Shown one piece after another: positions 1-8,419 of a stretch of 64,000 nucleotides of DNA (position 1 is the stretch's first letter; each line of letters begins with the position of its first letter). The notes under the pieces were generated by a model. It was given only the letters and a program-made list of their open reading frames with translations. It did not search any database and was not told where the DNA came from. The stretch is from Minisyncoccota bacterium. Its GTDB lineage: Bacteria > Patescibacteriota > Minisyncoccia > Phycocordibacterales > CAJQIN01. Where the stretch lies: assembly GCA_905478465.1 (NCBI GenBank), contig CAJQIN010000002.1, positions 24,312 to 88,311 of the forward strand, read 5' to 3'. Made by a program: the position numbers and the translations under genes.

Positions 1-1791
1 ACGAGCTTCTTTCATAATACGAGAAACTTCAGCATCAATCTTGGCAGAAACTTCTGAAGAATACTCTTTTCCACTAACACCTTGTCCAAAGAGAGCCTTA
101 CCCCCAGAACCTTCAAAAGCAATAGGACCCAAAGATTCTGACATTCCATATTTTGTTACCATATCACGAGCAAGAGCAGTTGATACCTGAAGGTCATTTG
201 AAGGACCAGTTGAAAGATCTCCGAAGATCATCTTCTCAACCACATATCCACCAAGTGACATAGCTATATCATCAAGAAATTCTTTTTTGGTTCGCAATCT
301 CTTATCTTCAAAAGGAAGATTCAGAGTATATCCACCTGCACGTCCACGAGAAATAATGGATACTTTGTGAACCGGATCAGAGAACTCAAGCACAGAGCCA
401 ACAAGAGCATGTCCCATTTCATGATATGCAGTTATTTCTTTTTCTTTCTTTGAGAGTAGATGACTTTTTCTTTCTGGACCAAGCATTACCTTTTCAATTG
501 AACGGAGTAGGTCATATTGAGAAACTTCCTTCCGTTCTTCACGTGCAGCAAGAATAGCTCCTTCATTCATAAGTGAATACAAATCTGCCCCAGAGAACCC
601 AGGAGTTCTTTCTGCAATAACAACAAGATCAACATCTTCTGTAAGGGGTTTCTTTCGTGAATGAATTTTCAAAATAGCTTCTCGATCTTTTCTATCTGGC
701 GGGTCAATCATAACTCGACGATCAAATCTTCCTGGTCGAAGAAGGGCTGGATCAAGTACATCAGGACGGTTTGTAGCAGCCATTATAATGAGTTTCTCAT
801 TTGGTTCAAATCCATCCATTTCAACAAGTATCTGATTGAGTGTTTGTTCTCGCTCATCATTCCCACCACCAACACCAGTTCCTCGAACACGTCCAACAGC
901 ATCAATTTCATCAATAAAAATAATTGCGGGTCCCATAGACTTTGCAAGCTTGAATAGATCTCGTACACGACTTGCTCCAACTCCTACAAACATTTCCACA
1001 AACTCTGATCCAGAAATAGAAAAGAATGCAACACCTGCTTCTCCAGCAACAGCACGCGCCAAAAGTGTTTTTCCTGTTCCAGGAGAACCCATAAGAAGAA
1101 TACCTTTTGGAATATCTGCGCCAATTTCAATAAATTTCTTTGGGTTCTTTAGAAAATCCACAACCTCAGCAAGTTCCTGTTTGGCTTCCTTTGCTCCTGC
1201 CACATCATCAAACGTTACCCGATTTTTAGTATCAGCAGGATCAATCATTTTTGCCTTTGACTGTCCGAAACTAAAGGCTTGCATGCCTGAACCTTTTACT
1301 TGTCTTGTGAGGTACCAGAAAATAAAGATAATAAAAATGATAGGGATAAGTACAGGAGCTAAATTAAGTATCCAAAAAAGAATACCTCCCTCTTTTTTGA
1401 TATTTATTTCAACACCAGATAGTTGTTCTGAAGTCACACCATAGTTCACCAGAGTATCAGATAAAGATGCTTCATCTTCTTTCTTAGAATTTTTTTCAAT
1501 CACCTCCTGCCCTTCTTCACCCCTATACGTAACAGACAGACTACTACCTTCAACTGTAATTTTTTCAACACTTCCTATCTGAATATCCTGCGCAAGTTGA
1601 GACAGAGCTATTTGCTCTATTTCCTTTTTATTATCAGAGATAAAAGAATACAAAGAGATAAGTGCAAATAGAATGAGAACAGTAGAAAGAAGATTCATCC
1701 AAAATGGCACTTTTTTATTCTTTTTACCCTTACCCTTCTTATTTACAACAAGTTTAAAATATTTCTTTTTCTTCTTCGGAGTTTTTTTCAT
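1..1791 (-). CDS. ftsH: ATP-dependent zinc metalloprotease FtsH (3' end runs off the window)
   Basis: Not in the ORF track (no stop in window). Manual reading from ATG at 1791 gives two TM segments, Walker [47 protein letters not shown] and HEMGH. Confidence 0.95.
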   Translation of the reverse strand, partial: MKKTPKKKKKYFKLVVNKKGKGKKNKKVPFWMNLLSTVLILFALISLYSFISDNKKEIEQIALSQLAQDIQIGSVEKITVEGSSLSVTYRGEEGQEVIEKNSKKEDEASLSDTLVNYGVTSEQLSGVEINIKKEGGILFWILNLAPVLIPIIFIIFIFWYLTRQVKGSGMQAFSFGQSKAKMIDPADTKNRVTFDDVAGAKEAKQELAEVVDFLKNPKKFIEIGADIPKGILLMGSPGTGKTLLARAVAGEAGVAFFSISGSEFVEMFVGVGASRVRDLFKLAKSMGPAIIFIDEIDAVGRVRGTGVGGGNDEREQTLNQILVEMDGFEPNEKLIIMAATNRPDVLDPALLRPGRFDRRVMIDPPDRKDREAILKIHSRKKPLTEDVDLVVIAERTPGFSGADLYSLMNEGAILAAREERKEVSQYDLLRSIEKVMLGPERKSHLLSKKEKEITAYHEMGHALVGSVLEFSDPVHKVSIISRGRAGGYTLNLPFEDKRLRTKKEFLDDIAMSLGGYVVEKMIFGDLSTGPSNDLQVSTALARDMVTKYGMSESLGPIAFEGSGGKALFGQGVSGKEYSSEVSAKIDAEVSRIMKEAR

Positions 1792-1874
1792 ATGAGGCAA
1801 TTATACATAAATATCAGAGTATTAAAAGAAAAATACATTTTTGTTTCTATGAATTCGTTGCTATCATTGACCTA

Positions 1875-2315
1875 ATGTTAATTGCAAACAAAAAAGCACG
1901 CTTAAACTACGAGGTCCTTGAGACATTTGAAGCAGGTATCAAACTGCTTGGTTTTGAGGTAAAAGCCCTCAAACAGAAAAGTGGTTCACTGGAAGGCTCT
2001 CATGTGACCATACGTGGAGCCGAGGCATTTGTAATCAACATGCACATCCCCCCATATCAACCAACCAACACCCCTAAAGGATATGACCCATATCGCAACA
2101 GAAAACTACTACTCACAAAAAAAGAACTTCTTGTTTTAACAGGAAAAGAGTCCCAAAAAGGATTGACAATGGTACCACTTTCAGTGTATAATAAAGGAAA
2201 GAATATCAAACTTGAGTTTGCAATTGTTCGCGGAAAGAAAAAATTCGACAAACGAGAAGACCTGAAGAAACAAACTGCCAAGCGTGATATCGAACGATCT
2301 TTGAAATACGAATAG
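1875..2315 (+). CDS. smpB: SsrA-binding protein
   Basis: NKKARLNY, EAGIKLLGFEVK, RKLLL and GKKKFDKR motifs; directly upstream of tmRNA. Confidence 0.97.
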   Translation: MLIANKKARLNYEVLETFEAGIKLLGFEVKALKQKSGSLEGSHVTIRGAEAFVINMHIPPYQPTNTPKGYDPYRNRKLLLTKKELLVLTGKESQKGLTMVPLSVYNKGKNIKLEFAIVRGKKKFDKREDLKKQTAKRDIERSLKYE

Positions 2316-2366
2316 CAAAGCCGACCATTCATAAAGAGTAGAGGAATTCATATTCCCCTTTTCTTT

Positions 2367-2760
2367 GGGGATGATCGGCCTAGACGAGTAAGCTATCCAT
2401 CATATGTGCAAAGTAGAGCTCTGGGAACTCTTTAAAAGCTCAGAACACTCTAAGTGCAAACTTAGTACAAAAAACAAAGTCAGTAGCTTCACCTTTCTTT
2501 AAGGCGAACGACTTTGCATTCGCTTACGCAATAGCCTAAGCGACGCGCACGCATTGAGGAGTTCGAGTAAATGTATTGCGTGTTATTACACGAACTAGAC
2601 CTGCTAGTGTTTTGATTTCAGGTCGACATTAATTAAAACTCGACGTTTGAGAATTTTGTGTATTTTATATCTCAAATGTTTAAAACCTTAAAACACACTA
2701 CACTTTGTAGAATCATATTTTGAACTTATTCACACGGCGGTTCGATTCCGCCCATCTCCA
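2367..2760 (+). ncRNA. ssrA: tmRNA
   Basis: 5' GGGGATG pairs with 3' CATCTCC-A (G3:U70); T-arm GGCGG-TTCGATT-CCGCC; tag frame 2456-2539 ANLVQKTKSVASPFFKANDFAFAYAIA*; next to smpB. Confidence 0.95.
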
Positions 2761-4324
2761 CATCTAGGGATTTTGTAGTGACAAAATCTTCAAATAACCT
2801 TACAGCACTTGGTATTTCAGCGGTTCCATAACCCTCATCAAGTGAGTATGGTAATTTCTCATCAAAAATAAAGAAGAATAGCTTTTGCCTTTCTTCAACT
2901 TCTAATTTAGCCCATATTTTATAAGGGCTTTTCAGCATACCAGTCGCTTTATCTAAAGCGGTTCCATAAGGAATATCAAAGTCCACGACCTCAAGTATAT
3001 TTGGGTCTTCCTGCTCCCTCTGACTCACTAAGTCCTCAATCTCTTTTTCGTATACTTGAACAAGTGATTCTGACTTGGTTTCAATAACTCTCCGAGAAAG
3101 CAATTTTATTTTTTCATCTATCTCTTGACTCGCCTGTGAGTTTTTTAGCTCCCTTTCTTTCAACAATGAAACTTCTATATCCCAAGATTTATCAAATATC
3201 TTTTTGATAAGAGGGCCCGCTCGAGGATTTAGCTTGTGTCTTTTTAGTAGTTGATTAAAACGTAATTCCGCGTCCTCAACCGAAAGTGATTTACTGTATC
3301 GCTCACAATCTTTGTTTTGACACTTGTAATACGCATAGCGCCTTGTCCTACCTTTAGACCAAGCGCCAGTGAGATGTCCGCGACATTCTGGGCAAACTAG
3401 AAGGCCTCTCATAGGAAAATCTGCCCTTACATCCATTCTGACTTTCCGACCTGTTGCTTCGTTAGTTAATCGTTTTTGATTGAGTTCAAAAATCTCTTTC
3501 GAGATTAAACCTTCGTGTTTTCCTTCTCTTATACTGACCTCCCATGCGGGGTACTCAATGAAACCGGCATAGAATGGGTCTCGTAATATCACCGTAAACT
3601 TATCAATGTATCTTTCTGGAGCTTGGGCTTTCCAGAAACCCTTATCAACCAAGAAACGACAAGCGTCTACTTTTCTCAGAAAGACACTCTTGGCGTATCC
3701 TTCCAATGCTTCTTGCAAGTATGTAGCTTCCGGCTCCTTACGCATTGATATGGTCCCGTGTATAGGACTACGAGTCATTTTGTACCCTTTTTTAGAGCCA
3801 AAAGCCCAATAACCTAGCAATAGTCGAGCACGCTGTTTCTGTATCACCTGACGCTTATTTTGCTTTCTTTCTAGTTCGGCTTGGCCGGCCATGATTAACT
3901 CAGCAAAACGCCCTTCATCGCTATCATCAAAGTTGTAGTTGAGACAACGTAAAGCGACGTCTCTCATTTCAAAAGCTGTCCTTAGCTTGAGATGAAACTC
4001 AACATCTCTCGCAAACCGTTTTAAGTCATCAAAAACCACAACAAACTTTTTGTGAGGACGAGTGTCGATGTATTCAAGCATGGCCCTCATTGCGGGACGA
4101 TTCATAAAATCACCACCTCCAGTAACGCTGTCTCTAAATGTTTCAGCATGTGGCACCTTAATGTTTTGTAAGTCAGTCAAGCACCTCCCTTCTTGCGACT
4201 TCAGACCTGTCCCTTCTGTTTCCTGACGCTTACTTGATACTCGGGCATAGACAATGCCCTCGCGTCCATCATAAGAAACTTCTTTGCGTTCGCCGTATAA
4301 ATTAATTTTTCTTGCTTTGCTCAT
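2726..4324 (-). CDS. Large serine recombinase 1 (resolvase, recombinase, Zn ribbon, coiled coil)
   Basis: YARVSS catalytic motif, FDDLKRFAR, CPEC...CQNKDC; last 11 codons (VEMGGIEPPCE) lie antisense to the tmRNA 3' end. Confidence 0.93.
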   Translation of the reverse strand: MSKARKINLYGERKEVSYDGREGIVYARVSSKRQETEGTGLKSQEGRCLTDLQNIKVPHAETFRDSVTGGGDFMNRPAMRAMLEYIDTRPHKKFVVVFDDLKRFARDVEFHLKLRTAFEMRDVALRCLNYNFDDSDEGRFAELIMAGQAELERKQNKRQVIQKQRARLLLGYWAFGSKKGYKMTRSPIHGTISMRKEPEATYLQEALEGYAKSVFLRKVDACRFLVDKGFWKAQAPERYIDKFTVILRDPFYAGFIEYPAWEVSIREGKHEGLISKEIFELNQKRLTNEATGRKVRMDVRADFPMRGLLVCPECRGHLTGAWSKGRTRRYAYYKCQNKDCERYSKSLSVEDAELRFNQLLKRHKLNPRAGPLIKKIFDKSWDIEVSLLKERELKNSQASQEIDEKIKLLSRRVIETKSESLVQVYEKEIEDLVSQREQEDPNILEVVDFDIPYGTALDKATGMLKSPYKIWAKLEVEERQKLFFFIFDEKLPYSLDEGYGTAEIPSAVRLFEDFVTTKSLDVEMGGIEPPCE

Positions 4325-4505
4325 GTTTTTTTATCTCGTTAACATATCTATCGAGTTCTGCCCTAGCTACATTTCGACAAAAAGCAGTCAGATAGTTTAT
4401 GCGTTGAATAATTTTGTCCTCGGAAGAACCAAAATCATCCACAAGAGACCGGTACTCATCGACCGAGATAACAGCGGTTGTGTCGTTTTCTAACTTCGAG
4501 GACAT
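4302..4505 (-). CDS. Small helical protein overlapping recombinase 1 start
   Basis: 67-aa ORF; similar pattern and position to the 49-aa ORF at 10035-10184. Confidence 0.7.
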   Translation of the reverse strand: MSSKLENDTTAVISVDEYRSLVDDFGSSEDKIIQRINYLTAFCRNVARAELDRYVNEIKKHEQSKKN

Positions 4506-4645
4506 GCCTCGATTGTAGAAACATCACCCCGTACCAAATCTAGGTCCGATAGAAATAGGAAATGTTTTAAATACCCTTGATTTGCTACATATTTGAAACA
4601 CTATCCACAAGTACGAATACGTACTTGCTCATAGGGTATACCCAG

Positions 4646-5305
4646 TCACTTTTTCAGCTTTACATTGGTCACTCGATAACCTGATTTGTTGTCACTTTCC
4701 AAAAGAGTTTCCCTGGGTAAGCCAAACTCGCGCTCGACCACATCTCTCAAGTTGTTTGCCACCTTTCTTATTCCCACGCCAGTTGTTTCAAACTCTTCTG
4801 CAAGTTTTTGTGTTTTAACAAATCGTTTCTTCTTTGCGAGGTAATTCAGAACCCCGTACGGCCGCTTGTCAGTTTCTAAATTAAACTTCTTGTCTAATCT
4901 GGCTTCAGGATAGAAGCTACCGTCTTTTTCAAGCACATAGCGTTGAACATTCTCCAGCTCTTTAATCTTTTCCTCTAACAAACTTTCTTGCTCTTGTAGT
5001 TGCTGGTAATCCCTAACTCTGACCCAAATACTTTTTCTCATCACATCACCGTCAATGATAGTTGTGACACCTGAAGGAACTATTGCACTTTTGTATTCCA
5101 GATTCCCATCACTTTCTGCAACAAGTAAGTCGAGTGCCTCTTCAGCTAAATATGGGTCAAGGAGCAGGTCATTATATTCTCTGATTCTGTCTATATCACA
5201 AGAAAAAGATTCTCTTGTTGCTCCTTCCTTGAGTCGTTTTGTAATAAACTCAATAAGAAGTTTCTCGCGATATATTGTCTTATCTCCATATCTCTCACTC
5301 TTCAT
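4646..5305 (-). CDS. Hypothetical protein with probable C-terminal winged helix-turn-helix
   Basis: 219-aa ORF; C-terminal VKTQKLAEEF...IRKVANNLR...SGYR pattern. Confidence 0.6.
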   Translation of the reverse strand: MKSERYGDKTIYREKLLIEFITKRLKEGATRESFSCDIDRIREYNDLLLDPYLAEEALDLLVAESDGNLEYKSAIVPSGVTTIIDGDVMRKSIWVRVRDYQQLQEQESLLEEKIKELENVQRYVLEKDGSFYPEARLDKKFNLETDKRPYGVLNYLAKKKRFVKTQKLAEEFETTGVGIRKVANNLRDVVEREFGLPRETLLESDNKSGYRVTNVKLKK

Positions 5306-5331
5306 TGCTTTATTTTAGCAACAAACAACAC

Positions 5332-5688
5332 TTACTGACATAACGAATACTCTTTCATCCCTTTAGTGAACCCTTGTCCGACCATATCTTCTTCACTGTA
5401 TCCATAGGCCCAAACAGTTACGGAATCCTGATTCGACTTATTAGCATTAATAATTTGTTCTAGCGTGTAATCGACCTTTTCTTGCTCAGCCACATCCGGG
5501 ACCAGAACATGAATGCCTACACGCCTACAGTTGAGATACGATAGGTCGCTTTGTTCCACAATCCGATATTCTAGTAGCGGTTTCTCGTTTACCCCTCTTG
5601 AAATTATCACCATAACAACCAGAATGGCGACTAGAGCGATAAACCCTCCTGCCGAGTACTTAGAAATTCTAATTATTTTATCTATCAT
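5332..5688 (-). CDS. Hypothetical membrane-anchored protein
   Basis: 118 aa, N-terminal hydrophobic helix; preceded by AAGGA and a structured leader. Confidence 0.7.
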   Translation of the reverse strand: MIDKIIRISKYSAGGFIALVAILVVMVIISRGVNEKPLLEYRIVEQSDLSYLNCRRVGIHVLVPDVAEQEKVDYTLEQIINANKSNQDSVTVWAYGYSEEDMVGQGFTKGMKEYSLCQ

Positions 5689-5893
5689 GGTTTTCCTTTA
5701 AAACTCATAAACCCTGACAGCAGATACAAAAAGCCCGCCACCAGGAGGGCCGAAGCCCCTATAGGAGTTTCCCCCTATAACGCGTTCAACGCCCTGAATG
5801 ACGGGTTTTTTATGTTGAACGCGATTTCTGACCATACCTTATGAAAACCATAAGGGTTAGGCCATCTCCTTATTTAATTGTCATTGAATTATA
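5689..5893 (-). promoter_or_regulatory. Structured leader RNA, copy A, with extended -10 promoter
   Basis: TGGTATAAT (-10 at 5888-5893); stems AAAACCCGTCA/TGGCGGGCTTTT, TATAGG/CCTATA, GGGC-TTCG-GCCC; homologous to 11386-11585. Confidence 0.7.
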
Positions 5894-5998
5894 CCACCTT
5901 ATACGCTCCTGACCCTACCCCCCCTAAAATTAACATTTCAAAATATGATACGGCTCAAAATAAAGCTTTTTTTGTAAACAAAATTACAATTTCTAATT

Positions 5999-6508
5999 TT
6001 AGAGATTTAAATCTAAATCTTCAAATAAGTCGATGGCAAATCTTTCTCCTGAAACATGAAGGACATTGTAATCGTTACAAACATTTGGTATTTTGGCTTT
6101 TTTATTATTCTTACCAGAACTAACAGAACGCTCAGCAGTTACCACTACTGTCTTATGATTTAGAGAATGAGCTATTACATAAGGGTCCGCTATGGTCTTA
6201 ACTCTATTCTCATCTTCAAGAGTAGGATGAGCACGAATAATTGATATGGCTTGGTTATAATCATCCGCGCTTAATTCCTTAACTACCTGGGTCTGTCTTT
6301 CTTTAATCCACCCCGCCATGTCATCATCCTTATTCATAACCTCTTCATACACCTCACGAACAACATACGCTCTGCCAAGATTAAACAACTCTTCTATCTC
6401 CAGCCATAGGGGTGAAAATCTCTTAATAGGATAATTATGACTTAAAACAATCAAAGCAGAAGCATCGAAGTTATATATTTTATTATTCTCTGCCAGGTTC
6501 ATTGTCAT
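5999..6508 (-). CDS. PIN-like nuclease (DUF4411-like)
   Basis: FDASALI, VYEEV, ADPYVIA, VVVTAE, KIPNVC motifs. Confidence 0.85.
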   Translation of the reverse strand: MTMNLAENNKIYNFDASALIVLSHNYPIKRFSPLWLEIEELFNLGRAYVVREVYEEVMNKDDDMAGWIKERQTQVVKELSADDYNQAISIIRAHPTLEDENRVKTIADPYVIAHSLNHKTVVVTAERSVSSGKNNKKAKIPNVCNDYNVLHVSGERFAIDLFEDLDLNL

Positions 6509-6513
6509 AACTT

Positions 6514-7734
6514 TTAATTTGCCTGGCTAAACTGGTTTTCAATTTTTTGTATGTGCTTTTGTTTTATATCAAAAAATCTGACCATATCGAAATAAGATAT
6601 TTTCTTACTTTCTTGAGCAGATAAAACCCTTTGAGTGAGCTTTCTTCCACTTGCGTTTAAAGCCATAACATAAGGTTGAGGACCTCCACTTTGACCCTTT
6701 TCTTTTGCCTTTTGCTTTAATCTTTTCTTGTACTCTTGAAAAGATAGCTTTAACTCTCTGTCTTTATTTTCAAAAAAATTCTTAGTAACATTGCCACTGT
6801 CATAAAACCTTCTAAGAATAACTCTTGCACTTACTCTATATTTTGTTGCAAGACGTTCTAAGAGTTCTCCATCTTCTTTGTCAGACAAAAACCTTTTTGC
6901 CATATTTTCATTAAGAAGGTTATTCAAAGGAACAAGAAAACTACCAGAAAAATGATTGGCGAAAGTTTCTATAATTAGATGCTGACGTCTTAGGGAAGTA
7001 TTATCTCTTTTAATTTTAGCTAAATCATTCTCACTCAATAATAAGTGAGCTAGTTCATGAAATAAACTAAAAGTTCTGCCAGCAGGACTGTCTTTGGTAT
7101 TTAAAACAATAACTGGTACTTGGTCCTCATCCCCCCTTAAACAAAATGCTCTTATCCCGCCCTCTTCCTCATCAAGAGGCATAGACATTTGAAATACAAG
7201 CAAGCCCAAATCCTCTAAGGCATTAATCCAATTTTTTAACGCATCTCCTTTATCTTCCCAGGAAAGTTGCTCTTCTATACTGATGTTTATGAGATTTCGT
7301 AGCTTTTTGGCTTGCTCATTTACATCTTCTTCAAAATGCAAAATAAACTTTTTTATCTCTCTATTTATTGGTTCTTCCAAAATTTCACTAATCTCTTCAA
7401 AGTATTCTCTATTACGCCTGGCTTTCCTGACAGCTAGTCTGACCTCGTTACTAAGCTCTTCTTGCTTAACACTATCAAGAGTTCTGAAGTCAACAGGAAA
7501 AGCTTTCGTTACGGGAACGTCTGGCAAGAAAAAAACTCCCATACTGCGCTTATAGCGATTCGCAAGGTCTTTGAGTTTAGACACAGATATTTCTCCGCCA
7601 TTTTCCCATTCAACTAATTGCTCTTCAGAAACTTTTTGTTTTTTTGCTACTTCAGATAAGTCATATCCGATTGTTTCTCTGGCCCATTTAAGTATGCCTG
7701 GTGTAGTTTTAATTGTAGGTGTCCGGCTTGCCAT
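6514..7734 (-). CDS. XRE HTH plus ImmA/IrrE-family zinc metallopeptidase
   Basis: LKWARE...WENG HTH, FSLFHELAH (HExxH), ETFANHFSG; start moved to ATG 7734 because the longer ORF overlaps the tRNA-like RNA. Confidence 0.88.
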   Translation of the reverse strand: MASRTPTIKTTPGILKWARETIGYDLSEVAKKQKVSEEQLVEWENGGEISVSKLKDLANRYKRSMGVFFLPDVPVTKAFPVDFRTLDSVKQEELSNEVRLAVRKARRNREYFEEISEILEEPINREIKKFILHFEEDVNEQAKKLRNLINISIEEQLSWEDKGDALKNWINALEDLGLLVFQMSMPLDEEEGGIRAFCLRGDEDQVPVIVLNTKDSPAGRTFSLFHELAHLLLSENDLAKIKRDNTSLRRQHLIIETFANHFSGSFLVPLNNLLNENMAKRFLSDKEDGELLERLATKYRVSARVILRRFYDSGNVTKNFFENKDRELKLSFQEYKKRLKQKAKEKGQSGGPQPYVMALNASGRKLTQRVLSAQESKKISYFDMVRFFDIKQKHIQKIENQFSQAN

Positions 7735-7822
7735 AGTAGTTACATTGTATAACAAATACACACCAATCTTAAGTACGATATCCTGCCGAGTAAAAAATGA
7801 TAGTATTCTAGTAGAAACTATT

Positions 7823-7932
7823 GCCCAAGTGGTGGAATTGGTATACACATCCGTTTACCAAAGCGTTTAATTATTTGAACGTTTTGTAAACGGATAGCGC
7901 AAGCTGTGCGGGTTCGAGTCCCGCTTTGGGCA
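7823..7932 (+). tRNA. tRNA-Leu-like RNA with a 35-nt hairpin in place of the anticodon loop (no assignable anticodon)
   Basis: Acceptor GCCCAAG/TTTGGGC-A, D arm GTGG-AATTGGTATA-CAC, variable arm AGC-GCAA-GCT, T arm GCGGG-TTCGAGT-CCCGC. Confidence 0.8.
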
Positions 7933-7935
7933 CAA

Positions 7936-7971
7936 ACAAAAACACCCCTTCAACTTCAAGAGTGTTTTTGT
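7936..7971 (+). terminator. Intrinsic terminator after the tRNA-like RNA
   Basis: ACAAAAACAC...GTGTTTTTGT inverted repeat. Confidence 0.6.
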
Positions 7972-8081
7972 AGGGAGGTGTTACCTTTCAGTCGCTGTTT
8001 CAGATTCGCAATACAATACCATTGGTCGAACAACCAGTTCTCCTTCCGAGCAAGCTCTACTTAAGCCAGTAACTTTTCCAT

Positions 8082-8297
8082 TCACCTCTTGTTGCGATTC
8101 ACATTGTCACGCTTACTGTGGTCTGGATTGTCACGCACATACCTTCGTCCATTCACAGAGATAACGTGGGCACCTTGATGCTTGCCCTGCAGTACCTCCT
8201 GTACTGCTTTGACTCGAGGAACGTTTGAACGACTTCCAATCTTGTAGCTCTCATTCCTGTCGTTGGGACCATCATTGTTTCCAATTATTTTAGTCAT
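8082..8297 (-). CDS. Small hypothetical protein (DUF3892-like)
   Basis: HVISVNGRRYVRDNPDHSKRDNVN C-terminus; probable start MTKIIG at 8297. Confidence 0.6.
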   Translation of the reverse strand: MTKIIGNNDGPNDRNESYKIGSRSNVPRVKAVQEVLQGKHQGAHVISVNGRRYVRDNPDHSKRDNVNRNKR

Positions 8298-8419
8298 GAG
8301 TATTTTATTATTGTCTTCTAACGAGGGGCGTACGGACTCGACCACTTCCGCACTCACCTTTTTATATTTTACCTCGTTACTTGTTGAATGTATCACTTGT
8401 GGCCATTCACATTAAAAAA

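Noticed and set aside
661-1444. ORF-track entries overlapping ftsH, and similar antisense or alternate-frame ORFs throughout the ribosomal and pilus genes
   Set aside because: Shadows of well-supported genes with no recognisable motifs
5728-5811. Hammerhead ribozyme reading of the GAAAC-containing multibranch RNA
   Set aside because: No CUGANGA core in either copy
7855-7889. Intron-containing tRNA
   Set aside because: Insert too short for group I/II introns, no bulge-helix-bulge evident, and excision gives no anticodon matching the Leu-type body
7823-7932. tRNA as the integration site of recombinase 2
   Set aside because: No duplicated tRNA 3' fragment seen; TCCAC cores explain the boundaries and place this RNA inside island 1
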